Of a stretch of 64,000 bases of DNA, positions 35,646 through 45,029 are shown piece after piece. Source of the DNA: a virus. The DNA lies in the IMG/VR virus record IMGVR_UViG_3300037296_000055, positions 1-64,000 of that record; one strand, written 5' to 3'. Below the pieces are notes generated by a model, which searched no databases, was not told where the DNA came from, and saw nothing but the letters and a program-made list of their open reading frames with translations. A program made the position numbers and the translations under genes. Within the stretch, counting starts at the first letter, position 1, and each line of letters begins with the position of its first letter.

Positions 35646-37247
35646 ATGGTACAACGCCCTACAAAACCTCTATCCCAATCCCCTGGTGCTGAGAATGCCC
35701 AGTATGAGTCTTTCCTCCCTCTGTGGAAGCGAGCCAGGGCGGTAATGAACGGAGAGCATGCCGTAAAGGAAGCTGATGCACGTATTGATCGCATAAAGTT
35801 TTCTAACCTCCTGCTCCCCTTCTCCCCAATGATGGACGACCAGCAGTACGCCTTCTACAAGGCCGAAGCTGAGCTCCCCGGTCTTACCTCTCAGTATGGT
35901 AAGGTCATTGCGGGTGGCCTCCTGCGCCGCCAGCCCACCATCGAGCTCCCTGAGTCTGTTCCTGAAGACGCTAAGACCTGGTTCACCGACGACTTCACTG
36001 TTGATGGTAAGTCCATGGTCTCCTTCCTGGACGAAGCCCTGTGGGAAGAAGTATGTTCCTCCCGTGCCTGGGTCATTATCGATTATCCTAGCGTGGACAA
36101 TCCTGAAGAGCTGACCTCTGAGCAACGTGCAAAGATCCGCCCCTACCCTGTCCTCTGGAAGGCCGAAGATGTCATCAACTGGCAGACTCAGCTGAGCCCC
36201 TATACCGGTCAGGAGGAGCTCTCTCGCCTGGTCATCCGCTACTACGAAGAAGAGTTCGTGGACAAAGACGCCTTCAGCCCTGAGCTGGTCGAGTACGCTA
36301 TCGACTATTCGCTTGACGCAGAAGGTGATTACCGAGTACGGTACTTCAAACATATCGACAATCAGGCCGTCACCATCACCAACGGCAACATGTCCCGACC
36401 TAACAACCTTGCCGCTAATGGCGTGGGCGAAGACTGGGACCTGGTACGTACTGTCTACCCGGAAATCCGTGGCGAGATGCTGAAGTCTATTCCTGCCTTC
36501 CCTCTGAACGGTTCTCTCCGTCCCCGTGAGCCCATCCTGATGCCGCTGGTTGACCGTGAGGTCTCCCTGTACAACAAGCTTGCTCACCGTAACCACCTGC
36601 TCTACACAGCCTCCACCTTCACTCCTGTCTTGTTCACCGACATCCAAGACGAAGAGTTCCTGGACATTGTGCAGCAAGGTCTGGGTACCTACATCCGGCT
36701 ACGCCCTGATGACAAGGTAGGGGCTCTGAAGGCCCCTGTTGAGGCACTCTCCGGTCTGGAGTCCGCTATCGCAAGCACCATCGACGAGATGGCCCGGATG
36801 GGTATCCGTCTACTGTCTCCTGACGGTAATCAAGGTGACTCCGGTGTTGCTCTGGAAATCCGTAACTCTGCTCAGACCTCTCAGCTCGCAACGCTGAACG
36901 TGAAGATCTCTCAGACAATGCGTGACATCCTGTCCCTGATGATCGACTGGAAGTATGACCTCCAGATCGAGCCTCATGACATCGACTTCACTCTTAGTGC
37001 TGACTTCAACCCTACTCCTATCGGCGAAGCTTGGATGACAATGATCACCGGCTGGTACGATACTGGCAAGATCCCTCGCTCCCTGTGGCTCTCCGTGGCC
37101 AAGCAGAACGACATCATCCCACCTGACTACGATGATGATGAAGGTATGCAGGAGATCGGCAGTGACCCCACCCGGATCGCTGAGACTCCCACAACCCTGG
37201 ATCCTGACTCCTTCGAGAGGCCAGCTCCCAAACCCGTCGCAACCTAA
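35646..37247 (+). CDS. portal protein (DUF4055-like)
   Basis: Size, position, motifs AEDVINW and SGVALEIR. Confidence 0.88.
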   Translation: MVQRPTKPLSQSPGAENAQYESFLPLWKRARAVMNGEHAVKEADARIDRIKFSNLLLPFSPMMDDQQYAFYKAEAELPGLTSQYGKVIAGGLLRRQPTIELPESVPEDAKTWFTDDFTVDGKSMVSFLDEALWEEVCSSRAWVIIDYPSVDNPEELTSEQRAKIRPYPVLWKAEDVINWQTQLSPYTGQEELSRLVIRYYEEEFVDKDAFSPELVEYAIDYSLDAEGDYRVRYFKHIDNQAVTITNGNMSRPNNLAANGVGEDWDLVRTVYPEIRGEMLKSIPAFPLNGSLRPREPILMPLVDREVSLYNKLAHRNHLLYTASTFTPVLFTDIQDEEFLDIVQQGLGTYIRLRPDDKVGALKAPVEALSGLESAIASTIDEMARMGIRLLSPDGNQGDSGVALEIRNSAQTSQLATLNVKISQTMRDILSLMIDWKYDLQIEPHDIDFTLSADFNPTPIGEAWMTMITGWYDTGKIPRSLWLSVAKQNDIIPPDYDDDEGMQEIGSDPTRIAETPTTLDPDSFERPAPKPVAT

Positions 37248-37259
37248 CAGTAGGTACTT

Positions 37260-40200
37260 ATGGAAAATCAAGACATCTTCGATCGGCAGGTAGACCACCT
37301 GATCCGCACTCGTATGTTCACCGAAGAGCTTCAGAACAAAGTCTCGTCCATGTCCGAAGGGCATCGTCGTAGTCTCCTGAACATCTTCCGTACTGGACGA
37401 CCGAGTGAGATCCGCCTGGAAGTCAACCGCTACGTGGAGGAAATGAAGTCCTCCATCCGTGGTGGTATGACCGACTACCTTGGAGCGGAGATCTCTTTCC
37501 AAAAGTCAACAGCTCAGCGTTCTGTGGGGAGCTTCTATTCCCTGCAGGATGTTGACCGTGGCAAGGTGGCCAACCGGCTGCTGAACCAGCCTATCACCTT
37601 CTCGCAGACTTCCTCTGTAGGGACAGGCATCCTTCCTTCCCTGGATGCCATGGCCCCTGCCCAAACCTCTCGCCTGAACACCGTGATCCAGAAGGGTCTG
37701 TTGGAAGGCAAGTCAAGGGCCGAGATCGAAGCCTCTCTGCTGAAGACCACCAAGCTGACCGAGAACCAGGCCCGCACCCTGGTCACCACCGGTATTACCC
37801 ATGCGCAAGAATTGACCACCCAAGAGTTCTGGGACGCTAACCCTGATGTTCTGTCAGGCTTCGTCTACACAGCAATTCTGGATGGTAACACCACTCGCAC
37901 CTGCGGCTCCTTGGATGGCACTGTGTTCCCTGCGGATGCTGTCACCCATCGCCCACCCCTACACTGGAACTGTCGTTCTAGTCTGGTGCCTGTCCTGAAG
38001 GACTACGACGCTCTGGTTGCCACTGACAGCCCACGCGTCACACAAAGCGCCCTTGCTGACATTCCTCCGAGCAGGTTCAATGGCCAACCACCACTCCGCG
38101 AGAACTTCGAAGAGTGGTTGCGTCGTCAGCCCTTCAAGCGACAACAATCCTTACTCGGCTCCGAAGATGCTGCCACTCTGTTCCAGAACGGTACGCTCCG
38201 GATGAACGAGTTCTTCACTAAGCTGAAACGTCCTATCTCTATCGGCCAACTCCGCACACTGGATGCCAAGTCCACCTTCTCGTATTCAAAAGACTCTCTG
38301 GATGCTAAGGTACGTGTTGCGGCCACCCGTCCTGCAGATCTTGTTCGTAGCCCTGGCTTGGCCAAAGATCTAAAGGCCCTAATTCTGGCGGACGCCCGAG
38401 ATGCCTCTCAGTCAATTTCTCTCACTGACTATCGCGGTGTTACCCTTGGAGGTAAGCGCAGCGTACGTCGTGCTACTTACAATGAGTACGATCCTCGCAA
38501 CCACCAGTATGATCCCTACACCGGCGAGGTTAGAAGTTCATACTACTACAACCCCGACTATGTCTTACTTACAGAGCGCCTTGATGTTATCCAACGATCC
38601 CAGGTACTCTCCAAGCCCCAACGAGAATGGATCACGAAGTTCGTAAACTCTCTGGAGGATGACGTCTCCGTGAACCAGCAGTCCGTGATTGCTGAGACAC
38701 TACGTCTTACCTTCGAGCGTGCTGCCCGTGACACCTCCATGGGCTGGAGCGACTATGCCGGTGTTTTCCGGGCCGAGTCCAAGTTTGGTGTGACCAACGT
38801 CTCCCGTATCCTTGACCGACGCTCTCGTGCCGGTGACGAGATGTTCACCCGCTTTGCTGATGTTGATGAGCCTGCCGCTATCCAGATCCTGGGTGAGTGG
38901 AAGACCTTTGAAGACCTCACTTCTAATCGGAACCGGAACCAACAGTTCATTAGGGACTGGGACAAGCAAGAGGGCCGCGCTCTGGCACGGAGGGTATACT
39001 ACGGGCGTGCAGTTGACCTTGCGAAGGGTCGTGTAATAGACGCTCCTGGTGCTCCCACACGGGCCTATTTGCTGGGCCTCCGTCCGAAGGTCAAAGGACC
39101 TAACAAGGACATTGTCAAGTGGGTCGAGGCCAACATCCCTGGCATCAACACTTTCAAGTTCGGAGCTCTGAAGGGCTCTAACACTGTGGCTGGCTGGATC
39201 GAGTCGGTCCCCGGAGTGAAGCAGTGGAACTCGTTCATGAAGGAATGGGCTAAGCCTTACGATCCGATCCTCTACCGTCTGAAGAATGGACTGAGTGCCA
39301 AGGTACGTAACATCCTTGACCTTGAGTTCCTGAAGATGAGTGACCGACGTGGTCTGGTTGACCGCTTCATAACTTCCCGAGTTCTTGGGGACAACGAAGA
39401 CATTCAGGTGCTGCAGAAGGTGATGAAGACCATCGCCGGAGGGACCATGACTGACTATGACGGTCTTGCCATCACCATCGGTAAGGAACTGTACAAGCAG
39501 TATCGCCCTCTCCGTCCCTGGTACAAGCCTACTCTGCAAGACTACCACCGGGATGGTGCGGGTATCCTTGAGTCTCTCCGTGAGAACGGTACGCTCCGAG
39601 TGATGTCCCGTGGCGTGAACCGTCGTGGAGTTCTTGACCTTGATACAGGTCGTGTAGGACCACCTTTCCGAGACACCGTGTCCCGTGAGGTGACCATCCT
39701 TGATAAGGACCTGGTTCAGCTCCAGCGAGCTAACCGTGAGATCATCGTTGCTGACCGTGTGGGTATCACAGGTCCCTCCAACGAGTATCACGTTCGTGTG
39801 GGTAAGAAAGAGTACTTCGACGCTTACGGCAACAACACTGGTCGTTCTGTGATCACCAGGTCTGCAGCGCCGTTCTACGATGAGAACCTGATCGATAAAG
39901 ACTTCGCTGACATGCTCAATCATACCATGTCTTCCAAATACCAGACCGATAACGACTTCTCCCGGTTCATGCTGGACCTTGCCCGCTTCCGCGATGTTCG
40001 TGGTCGTGTGGACTACTATGACGACCTCAACCTGTTCCGCCACGACATCATCAAGCGAGGAGAGCAAGGCTTTGGGCTTATGGAAACTGTAAAGTTCCAC
40101 AATGCTCGACAGAAGCCCTTCTCCGTGATGGCTCGTATCGACGGTCGAGGCCGTGTCTACTACAATGGCTATCTGACCCCCACAGGCGGTGAGATGGTCC

Positions 40201-41780
40201 GACCCTTCCTGAACTCTGCCAAGGCTGTGCCTATGACGCCAGGGGGACTACAACAACTTCGTGCTACCATCGGTGTTCTGACAGGTAGCTCCACTGAAAC
40301 CCTAACAGATGCTGGACGCTACGCCTCCTTCTACAAGAACGAGAAATCAATCTTGGAGATCGGTCGGCTCATGCAAGCAACCACTCAGCGAGATCGTCGT
40401 ATCCGTGAGTTCCTCGAACATCCTCTCATCCGCGCAACGGACGGTGAGGAGGTGGCCAAGCTAGGCCGCTTTGCTCTGGAATACGCACGTATCCACGATC
40501 ACATGGGCGGTGACTTCACGGATCTACGCAGGCTCTCGTTGTACGAGACGCGTCTGATGTCCGAGGTCGATGCCAGTGCCAGCGCACTACAAATGATTTC
40601 ACTTGCCACAGGTGACCGCCAAGCAGCACTCTTGTCTAACGTTCTTCCCACAACTCGGAAGCAGCGGATCTATGACATTGTTGCTCAGGAAGTTGCCAGT
40701 GACCCTCGGTTCCTGAAGATCATGGAAGAAACCGGACTTGACCTGAACTGGGAAGACCTTCAAAAGGCTGCCAAGTATCACGTCCTTGTTTCCTACTATG
40801 GTGCCGGGAGCACAGGCCAGCGTGCCCGTGTTACTGCCGAACTTGTGAACATCCTGAAGAAACGAAACGTGGGCTACATTACACGTTCTGAACAGCTTGC
40901 GGTGAACCGCGCCCTTACTGACAACATCAAGACAGCAACCGCAATGGGAGCTGAGGAGACTGTTGATGCCCTTACCTCGTTCAAGCGTGAGCTGAATGAT
41001 CTGGTCAAATCAGGAGAGCGTCCGTCCACAGCAATGTTCACTGAAGCGGCTGAGATGCATCCAGACGTCTTCAACTTTCTTGATAAGCTGTCCCGTCCAA
41101 CGGCAGATCCCTTCGTCGGTCCCGAGACCTTCAAAGATATCGCTGTCCTGTTGTCCGAGAAGCTGGAAGAACAAACCCCGAGGGCTTCCCAGTACATCAA
41201 ATTCTGGAAGAAGGCTGCCCAGCGGTTTGCAGAAGAGACCAACACGGTCGACGTCCCCTGGGTTACTTTCGACGGAAAGCAGCTATGGCAGAGGTATCGT
41301 CCTAAGGTCCAAGAGTCAATACGTTTCCGTGATCCTGTGTCGAACCGCTTCGTGCGGAACGTGTATCAGGAGGCAGCGGAGAGCGCCACACTGCTTGGCA
41401 AGGGTTCCATCGGCGATGTTCGCCTAGGGGCTGGAGTCAACGGTACCCACATGAATGACGCCTCGATCGTGAGGATGTTCCACCTGTGGGGTAAGAAGAA
41501 CGGTATCCAGACGGGCACCATTCATGACGCTTTCTTCGTGAACCTAAATCACCTTGACGACTCTGTCCAGACGCTTCTTGAGATCTACGCTAAGGCCTCT
41601 CAGGCCCACCAGATCGAGAACACGATGCTTGCCATGCTTAAGGAAGGCATGACCAAGTCCTCGTACAACGAACTGCTGGCGACCGCGAGAGAACTCGGTT
41701 TGATAGGTCAAACTCTTGACCCGAACGAGATCTTACGTATCCCGAACGCTAACGAGTCCCGCTACGGTTTCGGCCCCTAA
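37260..41780 (+). CDS. MuF (SPP1 gp7-like) head protein fused to a T7-family RNA polymerase; putative virion RNAP
   Basis: N-terminal YTAILDGNTTRTCGSLDG...PPLHWNCRS; C-terminal DGRGRVY, EVDASASALQ, KAAKYHVLVSYYG, NGTHMNDA, TIHDAFF. Confidence 0.9.
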   Translation: MENQDIFDRQVDHLIRTRMFTEELQNKVSSMSEGHRRSLLNIFRTGRPSEIRLEVNRYVEEMKSSIRGGMTDYLGAEISFQKSTAQRSVGSFYSLQDVDRGKVANRLLNQPITFSQTSSVGTGILPSLDAMAPAQTSRLNTVIQKGLLEGKSRAEIEASLLKTTKLTENQARTLVTTGITHAQELTTQEFWDANPDVLSGFVYTAILDGNTTRTCGSLDGTVFPADAVTHRPPLHWNCRSSLVPVLKDYDALVATDSPRVTQSALADIPPSRFNGQPPLRENFEEWLRRQPFKRQQSLLGSEDAATLFQNGTLRMNEFFTKLKRPISIGQLRTLDAKSTFSYSKDSLDAKVRVAATRPADLVRSPGLAKDLKALILADARDASQSISLTDYRGVTLGGKRSVRRATYNEYDPRNHQYDPYTGEVRSSYYYNPDYVLLTERLDVIQRSQVLSKPQREWITKFVNSLEDDVSVNQQSVIAETLRLTFERAARDTSMGWSDYAGVFRAESKFGVTNVSRILDRRSRAGDEMFTRFADVDEPAAIQILGEWKTFEDLTSNRNRNQQFIRDWDKQEGRALARRVYYGRAVDLAKGRVIDAPGAPTRAYLLGLRPKVKGPNKDIVKWVEANIPGINTFKFGALKGSNTVAGWIESVPGVKQWNSFMKEWAKPYDPILYRLKNGLSAKVRNILDLEFLKMSDRRGLVDRFITSRVLGDNEDIQVLQKVMKTIAGGTMTDYDGLAITIGKELYKQYRPLRPWYKPTLQDYHRDGAGILESLRENGTLRVMSRGVNRRGVLDLDTGRVGPPFRDTVSREVTILDKDLVQLQRANREIIVADRVGITGPSNEYHVRVGKKEYFDAYGNNTGRSVITRSAAPFYDENLIDKDFADMLNHTMSSKYQTDNDFSRFMLDLARFRDVRGRVDYYDDLNLFRHDIIKRGEQGFGLMETVKFHNARQKPFSVMARIDGRGRVYYNGYLTPTGGEMVRPFLNSAKAVPMTPGGLQQLRATIGVLTGSSTETLTDAGRYASFYKNEKSILEIGRLMQATTQRDRRIREFLEHPLIRATDGEEVAKLGRFALEYARIHDHMGGDFTDLRRLSLYETRLMSEVDASASALQMISLATGDRQAALLSNVLPTTRKQRIYDIVAQEVASDPRFLKIMEETGLDLNWEDLQKAAKYHVLVSYYGAGSTGQRARVTAELVNILKKRNVGYITRSEQLAVNRALTDNIKTATAMGAEETVDALTSFKRELNDLVKSGERPSTAMFTEAAEMHPDVFNFLDKLSRPTADPFVGPETFKDIAVLLSEKLEEQTPRASQYIKFWKKAAQRFAEETNTVDVPWVTFDGKQLWQRYRPKVQESIRFRDPVSNRFVRNVYQEAAESATLLGKGSIGDVRLGAGVNGTHMNDASIVRMFHLWGKKNGIQTGTIHDAFFVNLNHLDDSVQTLLEIYAKASQAHQIENTMLAMLKEGMTKSSYNELLATARELGLIGQTLDPNEILRIPNANESRYGFGP

Positions 41781-41803
41781 AAGTGATGATTTTATGTCAT
41801 TTC

Positions 41804-41825
41804 TACCAGGGGACGTTATATGATA
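41804..41825 (+). promoter_or_regulatory. putative late promoter, motif L copy 3
   Basis: TACCAGGGGACGTTATATGATA upstream of scaffold/capsid genes. Confidence 0.8.
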
Positions 41826-42001
41826 GGGGTGGAGTATTTATGCTCCCCCCTGCCCCCGGTTGATCGATGCTGATGATCGAAACTTCATCATTCATCCTTC
41901 ATTCCTCCCCCAAGATTATCTAATGATGATAATCATGAAACCCTTCCTTGGGACTGTGTCCCTAACCTTGTCAATAGCTGTGCTACTGGAGAACTACTAC
42001 T

Positions 42002-42664
42002 ATGCCTGACGATATTGAAAACACCGAAACTGATACCGGTAACGAAGAGACTGAGCTGGAGCTTTCCGAAGCCCAACTGGCCATGTTCGATAAGCTTGTC
42101 AAAGCCCGTTCTGAAGAGAACCTGTCTAAGATGAAGACTAACATGGACCGTATGTCTGAAGAGCGTGATCAAGCGATCCGCGAGAAAGCCCGTTTTGAAG
42201 AAGCTGAAACTGTGCGCAAGCAAGAACAGCTCGAGAAGGACGGTAAGATCCAAGAGTCCCTGGAGATGCAGCTGACTGCTCTCAAAGAGAAAAACAAGCT
42301 GCTCAATGACCGTATCTCAACAGAGAGTCGTTCCCGAAACCTTAGCTCTGCCCTACGCAGCGTTGACTTCCGAAATGACCGTGCTGCTGAGCTGGCAGAG
42401 ATGGCAATCGTTCCCCAACTGATCCAAGACAAGGACGGTAACTGGGTTCACAAATCGGGTATTTCAATCAGTGAATTCGTCAAGACTTACTTCTCTGACG
42501 AAGACAATGAATACCTGCTGAAACCAAAACAATCACGTGGCACTGGCGACGTACCCAACCCCGGAACCAAGTCGGACAAAGCTCCCGCTTCTCTCTCCGG
42601 TGTTTCAAGCTCCAAGATGCTTGAGCTCGTTCGAGCAGGTAAAGTCGGTCGTGGTGTCAAGTAA
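42002..42664 (+). CDS. capsid scaffolding protein
   Basis: Charged coiled coil directly before the MCP. Confidence 0.8.
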   Translation: MPDDIENTETDTGNEETELELSEAQLAMFDKLVKARSEENLSKMKTNMDRMSEERDQAIREKARFEEAETVRKQEQLEKDGKIQESLEMQLTALKEKNKLLNDRISTESRSRNLSSALRSVDFRNDRAAELAEMAIVPQLIQDKDGNWVHKSGISISEFVKTYFSDEDNEYLLKPKQSRGTGDVPNPGTKSDKAPASLSGVSSSKMLELVRAGKVGRGVK

Positions 42665-42688
42665 CACACACACCTAAGGAAATAACAA

Positions 42689-43786
42689 ATGGTTATCACC
42701 AACACAGCCTTCCAAGACATCGAAGTCGCGATCACCGCGTATTCCGATGAGCAGTACACGGAAGCCCGTAAACTAAACTCCACCGGTCTGGTGTCCAGCT
42801 CTGCTGACATCGACACGACCATGGAGTCGTTCATCGGCCAAATGCGCTGGTACAAGACGATCGACGCGAACTTCAACACTCCGTCGCTCGTAACTCCAAC
42901 TGACGGTACCGTGACTGACGTCTCGACCGAAGTTGCCAAGTACATCAAGTCCATGCAGAGCTTCGGTGCTCGCCAGGTCAACCTGCAGAAGGTTGTTACC
43001 CAGGAAGATGGTCTTGAGAAAGTCGCACGTGACTTCTCCGAACTGCAATCGCAGAACGAAGACGCTGCTGTTAAAGCCGTCCTGACAGGCGTTGCTGGGG
43101 CTGAGACTGGCACTGGTATCACCGGTGGCATCGTCGGCTTCGACACTGAGGCCAACGCAACAACCGGTATGTTCGTGGACATGAACGCTGCTGGCGCTTA
43201 CGGCGCTGTGGTTGCTTCTGCCGCTAACGGTCGTCGTTTGTTCGACAGCTCGGTCGCCGGTGCTGCTCGTGGCGAGCGTCTGTTCCGTGCCATCGGCATG
43301 GGCTTTAAAGACTATGAGCCTGATTGGGCTTACATGGTCACGACCCCTGAGACAATGGCTGACCTCCGTGCAGCTAACCTTGTGGACGACACGACCGTCA
43401 CCGACGGTAACCTGGAATTCGCAACCATCTTCGGTGGCAAGTTCCGTCTGATCCAGTCCCGCTGGAACCAGGGTGACTTCTCCTCGGCCAGCTCGCTGAA
43501 CACCTACTCCAAGCGCACAACCTTCATCGTGAAGCCCGGTGCGATCGTCTGGAACCCAATCCAGCTGGAGATGCCTACCGAAATCGACCGGAATGCCAAA
43601 GCCTATCTGGGCGGTGGTACGACCGAGATTTGGTACCGTTGGGGCTACGTCGCACACCCACGCGGCTATAGCTGGTCCGGCGCTGAGAACGTCTTCGCGA
43701 ACCCTGCCTCCCTGGCAGCTGGCGCAAGCTGGGAGCGTAAGTACGACCCTCTGAACCTGTCGATCCTGCCAATCTTCCACTCCTAA
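42689..43786 (+). CDS. major capsid protein
   Basis: Strong RBS, position, C-terminal GGGTTEIWYRWGYVAHPRGYSW. Confidence 0.9.
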   Translation: MVITNTAFQDIEVAITAYSDEQYTEARKLNSTGLVSSSADIDTTMESFIGQMRWYKTIDANFNTPSLVTPTDGTVTDVSTEVAKYIKSMQSFGARQVNLQKVVTQEDGLEKVARDFSELQSQNEDAAVKAVLTGVAGAETGTGITGGIVGFDTEANATTGMFVDMNAAGAYGAVVASAANGRRLFDSSVAGAARGERLFRAIGMGFKDYEPDWAYMVTTPETMADLRAANLVDDTTVTDGNLEFATIFGGKFRLIQSRWNQGDFSSASSLNTYSKRTTFIVKPGAIVWNPIQLEMPTEIDRNAKAYLGGGTTEIWYRWGYVAHPRGYSWSGAENVFANPASLAAGASWERKYDPLNLSILPIFHS

Positions 43787-43803
43787 GCTCGAGGTGACCG
43801 ACC

Positions 43804-44304
43804 ATGACTATCACACTGTTTGAGAACTCTTACGTGTCGGTCGCTGAAGCGGATGCTTACCTGAGCCCCGTGTCCACTCTCTGGAACTCAGCCACTCTCG
43901 AAGAGCAAGAACGCTTTCTCATTGTGGCTTCCAGGGAACTGGATGCTCTTCCTTGGTTAGGGACTTCTGTCTCTGACACACAGCCGATGGCTTGGCCTCG
44001 CCAGGACGTGGTGTATCATGACCGTAAACTCGGTCGGATCATCATGGTTCCTGACGGGACGCTCCCCCGTCCTGTGAAGGAGGCTCTGTTTAATCAGGTT
44101 CAGCACTTGATGGCGTATCCTCAGCTGGTGACCATGTCACAACAGCAGGATTTCGAAAGCATCAAGGTTGGGCCGATTGAGATCGTGGACTCAGACTCGA
44201 ACACTGTTCGCTCTGTTCCTCGCATCCCCACCCGCTCCGTACACAGTCTGATCAAGGACTTCTTGTCACAAGGATCCTCTAACGTGTACTGGAGGGCGGG
44301 ATGA
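43804..44304 (+). CDS. head-tail adaptor (DnaT-like family)
   Basis: NSYVSVAEADAY, QPMAWPR, IKVGPIEI. Confidence 0.85.
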   Translation: MTITLFENSYVSVAEADAYLSPVSTLWNSATLEEQERFLIVASRELDALPWLGTSVSDTQPMAWPRQDVVYHDRKLGRIIMVPDGTLPRPVKEALFNQVQHLMAYPQLVTMSQQQDFESIKVGPIEIVDSDSNTVRSVPRIPTRSVHSLIKDFLSQGSSNVYWRAG

Positions 44305-44651
44305 GTCTCTCAATCGCCACGCTTGAAGCTGCCGTGAACTCCGCGTTTGCGGCGGCAGGAGAGTTGGTAAAGACCGCGCAGTTGGTGAACAAAGATCCTT
44401 CAGGCTTCAGCTGGACTCAACAAGAGCTCACTGATGCCCAGGAAACCCCCACCGGTGTCCAGGTCATCCTTTACGAACAGAAGAAGTTAGACGGCTCCGG
44501 AGCTATGACCTCCGCAATCATCCGTTCCAACCAATACAACCCAAGTGTCTACAGCAAGATCATCATTGATGGTGTTACCTACGGTATCATCGACTATGTT
44601 GAGAGCGTTGTTGTGACCGAGCTGATATTGGAGCGCACGAATGCTGTCTGA
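44301..44651 (+). CDS. putative head-closure protein
   Basis: Synteny and size. Confidence 0.6.
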   Translation: MSLSIATLEAAVNSAFAAAGELVKTAQLVNKDPSGFSWTQQELTDAQETPTGVQVILYEQKKLDGSGAMTSAIIRSNQYNPSVYSKIIIDGVTYGIIDYVESVVVTELILERTNAV

Positions 44652-45027
44652 AATCTATGAACGTCTAGGCCCATCACTCGACACAATTTCTGCGGTAGCC
44701 CCTGTGCTGCCTGCAGGGTACAACGGTGACCTTCAGTCTCCACCCTTCATCTACTTCAACCTGGTTGCCCCTAAGGGTGAGTTGCAAGGTTATGATGGCT
44801 CCGGCTCTCTTGAAGGTGTACTAACATTCGCGATCTATGCTGACAAGGGAACTCCTCATGGCTTTTTGCCCATTGTGGACGTTCTGGATCAACAGCTCAC
44901 TAATCGTACCTTCGGTCAACTAAAGACTTACATCCCTGGCTTCCAGGAACTAGGTCTGGACTCAGTGAACAAATCACTGCTTCGCTTTGACTGGGTGCTT
45001 CCCTTCAAATTCTTCGGAGAACCATAA
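44641..45027 (+). CDS. putative tail terminator
   Basis: Synteny directly before the tail tube gene. Confidence 0.6.
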   Translation: MLSEIYERLGPSLDTISAVAPVLPAGYNGDLQSPPFIYFNLVAPKGELQGYDGSGSLEGVLTFAIYADKGTPHGFLPIVDVLDQQLTNRTFGQLKTYIPGFQELGLDSVNKSLLRFDWVLPFKFFGEP

Positions 45028-45029
45028 TC

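Noticed and set aside
38700-40100. 466-aa antisense ORF inside the MuF-RNAP gene (likewise 35670-36677, 42773-43780, 51978-53252)
   Set aside because: Shadow ORFs from codon bias of the sense gene; no recognisable motifs
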